From the NCBI GenBank assembly GCA_000708835.1, contig DF237359.1, positions 1 through 64,000 on the forward strand: DNA of 64,000 nt. The letters are read 5' to 3'. Under the pieces are notes generated by a model. That model saw only the letters and a list, made by a program, of their open reading frames with translations. It was not told the origin of the DNA and did no database searches. This DNA comes from Klebsormidium nitens (lineage: Eukaryota > Plantae > Klebsormidiophyceae). Made by a program: the position numbers and the translations under genes. The number at the start of each line of letters is the position of its first letter. Within the stretch, counting starts at the first letter, position 1. Positions 47,354-59,500 of the stretch are shown here, piece after piece.

Positions 47354-50300
47354 TCATTCTTCGACGACAACCTCTTGGTTGAGCTCAGCTGCCGTCTTGA
47401 CAGCATACTCCTCGAGGGCTTCGATCGAGCGCGCACCTGCAAGAACAAGATTGAAATGAGCCCAGCTGCTTGAAAGAATCGTCCATTCACAATCCTTGTA
47501 TGTTTTTTGTAACCTCGAAAACGTTAAATGTATGTTTAACAACTCAAAAGGGGAATCCGAATGAGTCGTGTGGTTCCTGGTCCACGTGGCTCCAGGTTTT
47601 GGACATGGAAGGCAGTGTCTGCGCTTCTTTTGGCGTTGTTCTGCTTGCTTTCGGGCTAGAATCGATCTCTGACTTACGAACAGGAATAGCATAAGTTGTT
47701 CAAGCTCCACGGATTGCTAGCTGCCGAAGCACTTCCTGATAAATTGTTAGGAGATACAAAACGTTGTGCGACCAGCTTTTACATACCCCAGGCGCTTCAG
47801 AGCTGCGCCCTTCTCTTCGAATCTGTCTTTGCGGAAGACCAATCAAGAATATTGAGACTCAGCAAGTGCTCGCGTAGGGTTGCTTGTCAAGTCAAAAGGC
47901 CTCATTCGAGTCCATTTCAACGGTTTGAAAGTAGCAGGAAGACTGCATCGCTCGTTCCCCGTCTTTTTTCAAAGTTACACAAACAACCACTTTGAAGATG
48001 CTTTTTGGCTCGCCTACAAGAGATGAAGACTTGACGGCGGGTCTGAGGTGAAAGGCCTGCGCCCTATTGACAGACCTTTCTTTGCTGTCACTCAAATCTG
48101 CTCCCTGGAAGCACGGAAGGGTGCAAAAGTACCACGAAATCAAACAGAAGGCAGCTCATGTATCAGAGAAACGTAGACAAACGTAGAACAGCAAGCGTAG
48201 GACGCTCAAAGAACCCCGTGTATGTTTGCCGGTTGTATGAAAGACCAGCGTCAAGCCCTCAATGACGGCCTTACTTGCTTTATATCGAAGGAGCCAAAAC
48301 TTCAAATGCAGGATACCGCTCCCAGTAGATGCGACCATTCATCAGATCGGCGCAGGTTGTGATAACCAAAAGCGACTTGGGAAAGAACCGGCCTTGGTAA
48401 TACGTAACTCGTCCGTTGACCCGCCCTTCGTCAATAGAACCAACAAGACCTCCTTAAGAACGCAGGATTATACGAGAATCGAACACGAGTCATCACCAAG
48501 AGAAACAGAGAACCGATCGTAAGAACACGTTAAAGGAGGGGCGAAAGAAAATCTTCAAAAGCAAACACAACTTTTAACTCAAAACGGAAGAAAGAACGCA
48601 CAGCACACCGGAAAGCAGTAACAAAAAGCGTGAGAGCACGAACCTTGGTACGTCTTGTATGCGTCCCCGTTGTAGTAGACAACCAACGTGGGGTAGCCCT
48701 TGATATCGGCCTTCTTGCACACCGCCTGGTTCGCGGTGCAGTCTACGGAGGCAATCGCCACGTTCTCGTGGTCGACCAGCTTCTCCGCCAGCTCCTCCCA
48801 CGTGGGGGCCAGCTTCTTACTGCAAAAAGCGGAATTTTGGATTTGTTTCGGCCTTTTAGTAACCAGCGTTTTCCAATTCTGGGTTACAGATGTTTCTGTT
48901 CACAATCGACGGAGGCGATCGCCACGTTCCTATGGTCGACCAGCTTCTCTGCTAGCTCCTCCCACGTGGGGGCCGGCTTCTTACTGCACAATGACGAATT
49001 TTCGAAGTTCCTTTGGGCTCTGGAGGTTAGAGAACTTTGGTTACTTGCAAGGTCACAGCTGTTTCTGTGTGCAATCGACAGAGGCAACTGCCACATGCTA
49101 TTACTTGACCGATGTTTTTGCTGGCTCTTCCCACGTGGGGGCCAGCTTCTTACTGCAATGGACGGTACTTTGGTGTTACCCCAAACTTTTCGGAACGGGG
49201 TTAAAGCTGTTACAAATGCAGTCGACAAGGGGAGCGCCACGGTCCTGTTGTCGACCCATTTCTCTGCTAGTTCTTTCTACGTGGAGGCGGCTTCTAAACG
49301 TAAAGGACAGGGTTTGAGCAAGACTCTGGGCGTAAAAGAAGAATTGTCGTTCAAGAACTTGGGGTCAGAAGTGTTCCTGTGAGGAAAGCTAGTGAACACC
49401 ACGATTACCGGGTCGACCAGCTTGTCCCTGGTTATTCCCACGTGGGGGCCAACTCGTTGATACAGAAAGACAGGTTTCTTGGGCGTATCGGGCGTCGCAA
49501 GACCTTATTGTACGGAGTCGGGTCACAGCTATGTCTGTGCGCAATTGACAGAAGTAATCGACACACTCTCAGTGGCCAACCGACTTTTCGCTACTTCTTC
49601 AAGTACAGGGGCCAGCTTGTTGCTGCAAAGAAGCAGCTTTCAGGGGTTCTTCCAGGCTCGAAAATATTTGTCTGAGGGAGCCGGGCCTACAATAATGTGT
49701 GTTCATGATAAAATGAGACATTCACTGGGACGTTAATCATGCATAACCAGCTCGCTAGTTCGCCCCACATAGGGGCCACTTACGTACTACAAAAGCATCG
49801 ACTATAACGCTTTTAATCTCAAAAGGCACTCGGGACAAACGGATGGTTTTACCAATTGATTGGAGCTTGGGGTTCTGAGCTGCTACGGGGTTCCTTTACA
49901 CTTAAACCATCCCTTAAACTAAGTGAACTGGGGGCACGATCTACGGGATGTGAGAAGATCAAACCGTTCGCTTTCAAGCTACAGAGGCAGCCTCTGCCCT
50001 TTCTGAATGCTTTGTCAATCCACGACGGCTTGCCTGTGGCTGCTAAATCAGGGTTTCCGGTCGAAACTCTTCCCCTCAGCCACATCAAATAGCCTTCCCA
50101 GTGACCACGTCCAGAACAGGTTGAAAACACAAAGACCAAATCCTCCTCAAGATACATTCTCCCCCAAAATAGGTACGAGAGAGCATGACCGAAAATAATG
50201 AACTGCCCCACAATGCTTGACAAATCTCTTCATAGTCGACGGCTAGGCGCAAAGTGAGAACGTGCTCAAGCAGAACTCTATCAGGCAGGCCATTAAAATT

Positions 50301-51523
50301 AACTGCCACCGCATCCACATCCATAAGTGTCTGAAACTGTACTCTAGACCAAGCTAGATCACTCACCAATGGCCGCACCACGGCGCGTAGAACTCGATGA
50401 ACCAAGCCCTCCCATCCGTGACCTGCGGACCAAAAGAAACTTGTGTCAGCTCAACTCCAAAAACCCTTGGGAAACCAAAAGCGTGCCAAACGGCTCTTGC
50501 AAACGGCTTCATCCAAAAGGCTCGCTTGCGTTGTGCCACTGTGCAAAGGGTGAACACGGAGCATTATTCACTCAGACAAAAGGCCCAGAAAAGATCTGAG
50601 GAGTGGTTGTCAGATGTGGGTAAGAAAATGGCCAAAGAAGGGTTTCAGCCGCAAGAGAGGTGGTGCAGAAGCGGGACTGCAAGCGCGGCTTTCCTTTGGC
50701 TCTGAAGCTATACTATTGACGCGTATGACTTTGACATACTGCGATGAGCGCCTACAATTAAAAAGTGGATGATAATCATGGACACTGAATCCTTTTGATA
50801 TGCCAGGTGCCAAGCGACATGCTCAAGAAACAGGCAATCCCTTCGATTGCCACATCAAGAGAGACATGAGACTTCCTCATCAATACAGGGTCAAGTACCG
50901 TCCTCACACTGTCCCAACAAGAGGTGGTCTGACAGGTTACCCACAGTAAAATGACTCCCCGTCTTTGTCAAATACCACTTAGTTTGGTTTTGTCACCTGG
51001 ACTGCATACGTAGCAATATTTGATCTGCCACGTCACAGACTGCAATTGAGTGGCCTGCTGTCAAATGCTGCTTGGTTGGAAGCAACAACGTTGCATAATC
51101 CATTGTTATTGGAGAGATGTAAGGGACAAAAAATAACAAACAACCAAGCTGAAGCTCTTGTTCAGATCTCATCTGGATAGATAGATAGATAGATAAGTAG
51201 ATAACAGGTTCTGCAGAGACAATTGCTCTAACATGTATGTGTAATGTGAAAATTCATTTTAACACTGAAACTCCATTTTACTACCCAGAATCCACTCCTC
51301 ATCATACACAATTGCGATCCGCCAGACCAACAAAGAACCTCCTCGTTCTGAGAATTTATGGGTTCCAGGCAAAGCATTTTAAGAGCTCAATCTCGCATCA
51401 TTGAGAACCAACCTTGGTGTCAAAGTCGGCGTCAGTCAACTTGAGAAGCGCCTCCCCCTGAGCAACCGCCGCAAGCGAGAGAAGCGCCAGAAGCAGAACG
51501 GCTGCAACCTTTGCGGGAGCCAT
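47354..51523 (-). CDS. PDIL5-1: Single-thioredoxin-domain protein disulfide isomerase-like protein (PDIL5-1 type), 4 exons, 141 aa
   Basis: Exons 51413-51523, 50367-50422, 48644-48819, 47354-47436 (426 nt). Signal peptide MAPAKVAAVLLLALLSLAAVAQG; WFIEFYAPWCGHC KKLAPTWEELA; VDCT..VC....IKGYPTL; GARSIEAL. Confidence 0.88.
48880..49810 (-). repeat. Six tandem acceptor-side echoes of PDI exon 48644-48819
   Basis: CCCACGTGGGGGCC-like anchor at 48797 (real), 48961, 49130, 49276, 49437, 49600 and 49764. Confidence 0.92.
51175..51205 (+). repeat. Short (GATA)n microsatellite in PDI intron 1
   Basis: ggatagatagatagatagataagtagata. Confidence 0.75.
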
Positions 51524-52202
51524 GCTTTTAGTGCAAGGAGAAACTTCTGCAGGGGCAATTGCCTGGACTTGGAAAGGTCGTCCGCCTCTTCCTTCCTTGT
51601 GCAGAAGACGATCTGCAAATTCTGGAACTTCGAAGAAAGGCTCTGCTACTGCTAGCAGCCACTAGCAGCTTCCTGCCGAGGCGGCGAATTTGCGACCGAT
51701 GTTCAACTTTGACAGTCGCCGCACAAGAACAGAAAACCACTCGCGGCCGCGATCACATTTCCAGCGGCCGCGGCGGCTGCCTGGAGGGCGGGCGGCGCCG
51801 TCGCGCCCCGACGGTATGCAGCGCGCGCGGGGACGTACTCTAGTACAGTTACTACCTTTACTACGGTAGCTCCTCATGCATGCTTTTGATCTCCTCCCAT
51901 CTCCTCTACAAAGTTATGCAGTGCTGTATCCTAGTGTATCCTAGTCCTACTCACAATGTGAATCTTGGGGAGGCGCCAGGTTTGCCAGTGCTTTTTCAAG
52001 TCTTTGCGGGCCGCTAACTTCAGGAGCACAATGGCATAATGGCACGTTCTTTTTCTCCTTGTACCGAAGCGTGCCTTTCAGATGCAGGTGTACTTTCAAT
52101 GTGCGCCAAGTGCCTCTGACGCCCCAAGAGAAAGCAGACTCGGATGCTCGATTCGCCTGCCTCGTCCTCCTTCGATCCTGAAGACCCGGCTGCCTGACAG
52201 GC

Positions 52203-53226
52203 ATGCATTCAGTGGACATTGTTGATCGCTTGCTGGCACTAAAGGACTTTACGCTTGTGTTCCGCATGGCAACACAATGCGGCGAGACTGGAGGGGTCCA
52301 CCGTGGTGTCGGGGCAGCCACGTTCGTGCTAGCTGAATATGGGTTTCTCACTGTGGCTGCAGATGAGCTCAAGGTCGCGGCAGGGGCCCCGTGGGGGTCC
52401 CCATGGATACTGCTTCCCATCCTGATCGCGTCATCCGGTGCAAGCACTAAAGCACGGACGGAGGTAGCAGTGAAGCTGAATCGTGCTTGTGTTACTCTTG
52501 ATGCCCTTCCCTCAGTGGCCCGAGATACCAGACTCGTTCGCTACATGCTAAGGGAGGGACCGGATAATCCCAACAACCCAACAAGGACCTATATGAGGCA
52601 GCAGACAGCCTGGGGTTTCGGAGGGGCTTGCAGTCCGCGAGCTGATAGTACAGCTGCTATTGGGCCTGACGTCCTTCTCTGAAAAGTTTGGAACGCAGCT
52701 CTCGGCCAAGACTCCAAGTTCATGTGCCGGATCATTTCATGTGCACCAATGATTGAGTCCTTTAAGGAAACAGAGGTCTTTGAGAGCCCCTTCTCCTGGT
52801 TACGAACTTGGCATCCAGGGTGCAACCATCAGATGTCTGGCCAAACATGGTCGAGCTCATTGCCAAGGTTGTACTGGAATCTAAGAATAAGGCGCACATT
52901 GTCCTCATATGCAGCAGGGTAGGTTTCGAGTTAACGAAGTCTTGGGTATCGAAGGCACACAGTTGCCCGAGTCTGCCCTCTTTCAATCGGCCGTGCTCGC
53001 TTTTGCAGTCTGTGAAGCTGAGTCTCTCGCCGAGGCCCTGTTTGCACGGCAGTTTGGATTTGAGGTATCATACTTTTACTGGGTAAATGATGATGATATC
53101 CGCAACAGCCTTCACCAGCTGCACAATGCTCCGGTTGAGGGCACCCGACTTACCATCCATAATGCATGCCGCATCGTCGCCCCTCAATCTGATCCTTGGG
53201 ATTCAATTGTAAACGTACAGGGATGA
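52203..53226 (+). pseudogene. Interrupted intronless-looking ORF remnant of unknown family
   Basis: The 159-aa ORF 52203-52682 continues in the same frame after a single TGA to 52922. Two overlapping ORFs in the other frames (52808-53086, 52909-53226) carry protein-like sequence, consistent with frameshifts. Confidence 0.35.
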
Positions 53227-53550
53227 CGACTACAAAGTCAAATCACTTGCGCCAGTTTCCTTAATTTTGAATGGTTCGACAGGTTCCGCGGCAGCGGCCT
53301 TCTGAAACACGTGTGCTCCACGTCTGTCCAGACTAGACTAGCTTCTACATAAGATACGCTCTGACCACTGGCTCATTACCGTCACCACGTTCGCCCAATC
53401 TACGACTACACACGACTCCCTTGATCGACATGGTGGCTGCTGATCTCGCGCGTGAGTGCACAACAAACGTATGGAGTGCCCCGCCTAGCTACACCAACCT
53501 TGCATGGATTTGTGCTTGTGGGTCTTCATTGACGTCATTGCAAGCAACCT

Positions 53551-56500
53551 CTACTGCATTGGCATCCCGTATCCAGCTTGCTGAGGGACAGGGAGGACAC
53601 CGTAAGCGCCACCGCCTCCACCGCCTCCACCGCGTCCACGCCCGCCATATCCACCTCTGCCTCGACCTGGAAGAAAGAGTCGTGAGCCATAGCAACGAGG
53701 TACGGCGGATACCTATTGTGGTCAGCAATTTGAACGAGAGTAGTCCGCTTGGGCACGACAGTTCAAGGCCTTCTGTTTAGAACCACTGGGTGGGTTTTGA
53801 CACAAGAGGGAGGATACAAAGCTTGCAGTCGCTGGAAAGAGCCCTTGGCGTTATCAGCCGTCACGTCCGAAGACGATCCTCAGCCCAACGGCACACGTGG
53901 CGAGAAGAAAAAGTCCGCCATCACGTCGTCAGACGATCCTAGGCTGACCCATCGCAAAACACTTGATATGGAAGCGACGCTCAACATGCGGATCCACGGT
54001 CTTTGCTTCTGGTTGGGCTTGCATATACTCGCCAATACCGCCGAGATTTCTCTAACAGCTAAGCGGAAGGAGACTCGATGGAAGGAAACGTTACTGATCC
54101 AGTGAAAGACTCCAATCAGCAACCAAATAGCCGTTTCAAAATCCCTGTCCCAGTGACAGGCCCTCCGCTTAGGCGATCTCTGAAAGAAGGATTAGCAGAA
54201 GCCATCCTTTTACCTCTCCTGAGAGCACCCTCGGCGCCTTGGTCAAAGCCCGCCCCGCGGCCTCTGCCTCTACCTCTGCCAAAACCTGTGAGCATCAAAA
54301 GTCTTATTGCGGCGAAAAACGGTTCCAAAAGCGATAGGGTTCTAGTTTTGTCGAAGGGCAGATCAAAGCAGCACTGAACCCCACTTCCTGCAACTGAAGT
54401 AAGCAGTAGCTTCTTTTTTACGATACCGCTCTTGTTGTGCAGCCTTCTAGTAGACGCAAACACGGCGGCGGGCCACAGAACTGTGTCCTTTCTATTTGGA
54501 GGAACAATAGTCGTCCGGCAGGCACTGAAGTCTTCAACAACAGAATCTGCAAGCATGCCTCATGTGGACTCCTTCCACGGGAAGCTTCAACAAACCGATG
54601 AGAGGAGCGACGGATAACTGAGGACAGCTTACTTTCAACCAGACAATGATTACCGAGCAGAGCGTAGAGTTCCACGATTTTCCTAGTCACTCGTCCGCCC
54701 ATCTTTGACGCAGGAAAAGTCAGCATGGCAACGATCCAAAGCTATGCACGTCCCTTGAAGGTGATAACATGGAAGGTAAGAGTGCGAATGCGAAAAACAC
54801 GAGCTTCCAAGTTAGCAAGGACCACATGAAAGGTTCCATATTATTTTAGCAGCACTGTACTAACACGACAGCAAGACGTGCGAAATGCATTTCAGAAACC
54901 ACGTCTTCCAGAACGAACCACAGATCAGCAATGACTGGCTCTGAAAATCCAAGGAACGCATGCGAACTCCTTACCCCTGCCCCTCCCGCGGTAGCCTCCT
55001 TCTTGGTTATACATGCCCTCGCCTCCATACCCTCCCTGCGGCATCATGTAAACCCCCCCTCCGTTCTGTGGGTCCATGTACTGAGGCTGACCCCCGTAGC
55101 CGTCGAAACCCCGTCCGCGGCCGCCCCCCCGGCCGCGACCCCGTCCCCGACCGCGCCCCCGGCCACGCCCGCGCGTTGCGCCCTCCTCGCCGTCTTGGAC
55201 GTAACCCTCGGCCTGGTTTTCGCCGCCACCATTACCTGCAGAGCGGTGGACGAGATGTTGAACCAGTTTGTGAAGGGGAGATGGCAGTCTTGCAAATACC
55301 TGGTATTTGCCGCCGCCATATTCTGCAGAGCGGTGGACGGAATGTTGAAACAGTTCGTAAAAGGGGGACCGCAGTCTTGCACGTGACTCTCGGCTTGGTT
55401 TTCGCCGCCGCCGTTGCCTGCAGAGCGGAGGACAAGATGTTGAAAGGAGGGAATAATACTGGACCTGAGTCTCGTTGCCGGCGTAGCGACAAGTGGTCGA
55501 GGAAACGACTCCCCTTCAAACGGAGAGGAAGTTTGGAAACAACCAAATGGAGGGGACGGCTTTGACCGAAGTTGGGATCTCGGCACAACCTTCGCCGCCG
55601 CTGCCAGCGCCGGGATCAGTAAAAACATCAACCACACGCGTAAAGAATGAATCAAACCAAGAAGGAACGAGCTAAAAGCAGATTGCCAAAGAAAACAAAT
55701 GGTTAGAGAAAGACCGTGTCTCCGGCAGCATATTGCCAAGGCAACGGGTAATTTGTTGAATGTTGTCTAAGGAGGAAGAAGGCGCAGTAGTGAGAGCAAA
55801 CAACATATCTAGTATATAGGGAACTTCGAAGAGAAAAAGTACACGAAGAAAGCAAAATTTGGAGAAAGCCGGAGGCCCTCAGCCTGAACTTCGCCTTTGC
55901 AGAGAAGTCAAAAGAAGCGCAGAAAGATGCGAAGACTTGAGGTACACGAAACGGTATGATAGTGATTTGAGTCACCTTCAAACAAAGCAAAGAACTTCAC
56001 AAGCTAACGGACGCCGTCAAACTCGCTGCAAAACAGTGCTCAAAATCATTAGTGATGCCTTCCTTTCGAAAATCACGTCAGTTCGTCGCAGATACAGAAC
56101 CGTCTAGTCAGTTCGTCCCAGAAACGGAAGATTTATTCAAAGAACGGTCGCTGACGTGAGGAGCTTGGAACTTTTATCCACTGGAAAAAAGGCGGTCCTA
56201 AAAGCGGAAGCAGCTCACCTCCCCTGCCTCCCCGGCCCCTTCCGCGCCCACGTCCTCTGCCACGTGGCTTGCCCTCGTCGTCTGAAAGAAACGACGTCAA
56301 CTCGTTAGCAGGAGCGTCAGAAAATGGCAGAGGGAGCACCTTCAGGTCTTCCAGATTCAGCACGTGAAGCGATAAAGGCCACTGACTGACGACGGTCAAT
56401 CTCAAGGCAAGACGTATGGATCTAGAGGTACGGAAGTGCGTCTACTGCATAATATAGATGGCAACCGAAACGCTTCACAGGGCTCGGCAAGCAATATCGA

Positions 56501-59500
56501 GGGGCTATATGAATACCACTCGTTCACACCGTGCTGACGCTCGGACGAGAGAGGAATGTGCAGATCGCTGACAAGAATCCATCGTACCTGAGTTCATGTC
56601 GGCTTCGTTCCAGGGCTTCACTTGGTCGGCTGGAAGCGGTGCCTGGTACCTGCAACCGGGAAGGTGGGTAACAGTCAACTTCAACCCTTCCAACATGCTA
56701 AGGAACGGATATTAGAAGGAAAGGATACGTTTTGAAAGGGTTCCGAAACCCTTGTGAAGCGCCACAGGTGCTGATGGATGGAGGCAGAATGGACCGCCAA
56801 ATTGAAGATTGTGTCTGTTGAGGGATTTCTTTATGTAATTTCCACGTGTTTGCATTCCGAAATAGCTGTTATTAAAACGTAAAAGAGGAGGATCCGTCCG
56901 ATGAGATTACCGAAAGACTTTAGTTCATAACGGCCCTTCGACGCTGCAAACATAAGCCCTTCTTTCTCCAGTCAGAGAGTCTCTATCGTCGGAACCAAGC
57001 GGCTAAAGCCTGGGCATAATGGCAGCTCAGAGTTGAAAGAGCTTGAACTTTCGACAAGTGAAATGAACGAACTTGTTCCAATTCTCCACGAACCGCACAA
57101 AGTGCTTCGAGGAATGGCCCATAACTAAACCTACGCTCCTCGCTTGCCGACTGAGAGATGACTTTCTTCGCAACAGCGAAGCGGTAAGCGGTTCGGAGTT
57201 AGAGTCTTGAGAAAAAATGGAGGGAAGAGATGATGAGCCATTTTGAAAGAGCAGCTTTGAAGGAAAGTTTAAAACCACTGGGGCGGATGAGGCACCCTGT
57301 TTCGATAGGAAAGACACTCGGGGGTGAGCAGCACGATCCGCGTTTCCGCCAAAAACATGAGCCGCTTCGGAGGAGTGGATTCTAGGACGGAAAAACAAAA
57401 AGGAATGCGGTCTTTTGTAGGAAAAATCGGATTACAGCTGCGACCTCACCCTGTGGTCGTCGTATCCAGCTCCTTGGTCGACAGCGTGATGGTGATCATC
57501 GAAACGTGGCGGGTCGTCTCGATCCTGCAGGCCATGTGTGCGCACAGTGATCAGATCTGTTTCTTCCGGACTCGCTGACGTCAGCCTGACGCCATGACGT
57601 CTGACTCTTTAGGAGCTTTTCGATCCAGACGGCAAGTGGTTTCAATTGGTTTTGTCCAATTTGGAATCCGCAGGGCTTGAGCGACGGAGCAGGACAAGGC
57701 AGTAGGAAAGAGGCAGTGCGCCTTCGCTTCTTGAATCGGTGTCTGGACGGTGGTTGTCCTGGGAGTAGAATCATGGACGCGCGCCATTTGTGCAAGGGGC
57801 CAACTTCTTAGATTCAGATCGTCCAGAACAGCAGGTCACGGAATATTATGCGTCGGACAGAAATTGACAGCATATGACCACTGAGCTTGCTTGAGAGCAA
57901 CAGCGTAACATCCTCGAATGACTTAATACGACTTAAAGCAGAATTGGGTCAATCGAAAACATAACATCGTTTTCCATGTTCATTCCCGATTGAGGTGTCT
58001 GAGTAGTGACATTTTCAAATTTGAAGAGTGAGGGCAGCAATCGAGTTTCGATTATTTGGATCAGTAAACAGGATATAACCATGGCTAAGAAGCTGTAGGA
58101 AAAGTCATTGAGCAGACAAACTCACGGCTGCAAGCCCTCCTCCAACGGCTGCCACGTGTCTGTGATGTCGGTGGAGCCGATGGCGGTGTTTTGGTGCAGA
58201 CCAACGATACGCCTCTGCAATTGATGCAATGAACGATGATGTTGTAAGGGGGGAGGAATACTCCAATTCAGTGGAAGGGCATACGGAAAACATGCTCGTA
58301 TCCAACCGACCAACTGTGCCCTGAGCCGCACTTCACCAAAAACCTGACACCAAAAGACTCTATGGATAGGAATAGCAAAAAGGAGATCAACCAAACATTT
58401 CGTCGTTCTAGATGCATCCCTTGTAAGATACTTCAAATCGTGGTCAGAGTGCGGATGCGCTGGAAAACTAGCTACACGGAAAGTTCGCTCAAAGTTTGGG
58501 GGGCACGGTAGCATGCCAGGCATAATGGCGTGGAAGTTATGCTGCTGTGTTTGTTCAAAAAAGGCAATTTACAACCGACGTTACAGCGACACTCGATCAA
58601 AACTGTCAAAGAGCATCACTCAAGATTTCAACTTCAGATTGGCCCTCGGCCTTGCCTTTCTGAGCACAGTCAATCCGGAAGCCAGATCATTCTCGGGTAA
58701 GCTGTTACCTTCAGCTTGACGCATCAGCAAAACGACCCGCTAGACCATTGAACAAACCGTCCATTACACAGCCTCCATCTCAAGACACGTCACCAACAGT
58801 GTCCTGAACCATGCAAGAACCTCGTTGCAGAAGCCCTCCGTGTAAGTGAGCAACTTCACCACATCGGACCATCTTTCTTGACAGAGCAGGAGGGCATTCA
58901 CCGGAGTCTGGAAAATTTGCTGCCTACCTTCAAGATCTCAGCAATTGTCACGGTCTTGTTGATGGCACGGCCCATGGCCTTAAGGACGATCTCGCTGGCT
59001 CCTTTCTCCTGCAAGCAGTGCACACCGGATCAGATTCCATTCCAAAAGCCTAATCATTGCTGCACATGGCCATCTTCAATGTTTGTTCTCGACTCTTCAG
59101 AGTGCGGGTCAGACTCCGAGACCGTCAGCACAGCGAAGAGGAGAGCATCCACAAGGACAACGGAAGCACCGTGAGGCAGAAGCACAAGCTTCATACGTTG
59201 AGAAATCAAGCCTCCAGAGAATGTATCGCAGAGAGGTTGGCAGAAAGGGTGACTTGTAGACATTTTGAGACGCTAGAACTTGCAACCGGGCTTGTCCACA
59301 CCAGCGGGAAGATTAAAGAGCAGCATCTTACAGGTAAATAAAAAACTGGCAACATTATATTTTTGTCCAGATCTGAAGGTGGTTTCGACATCAGCTTCCA
59401 AAGAACTCGTCGCGCCAAGAGTGGTGCACAGAGCTCAAGCGAGTCTGATGAGCAGCAACTGCCGTCTGTCACAGTCCTCAATCGTTATGAACAACGTCAC

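Noticed and set aside
48797-49780. CRISPR-like array
   Set aside because: Eukaryotic context; units are about 160 bp, homologous along their length, and derived from an exon rather than repeat-plus-unique-spacer.
48630-49810. Multi-domain PDI or mutually exclusive exon cassette
   Set aside because: The copies cover only the exon's 5' part, contain stops or frameshifts, and lack their own donors.
385-51523. Co-location of secretory or cell-wall genes (O-FucT, expansin-like, amidase, PDI) as a functional cluster
   Set aside because: They are interspersed with unrelated genes, share no pathway logic, and such genes are common in plant-type genomes.
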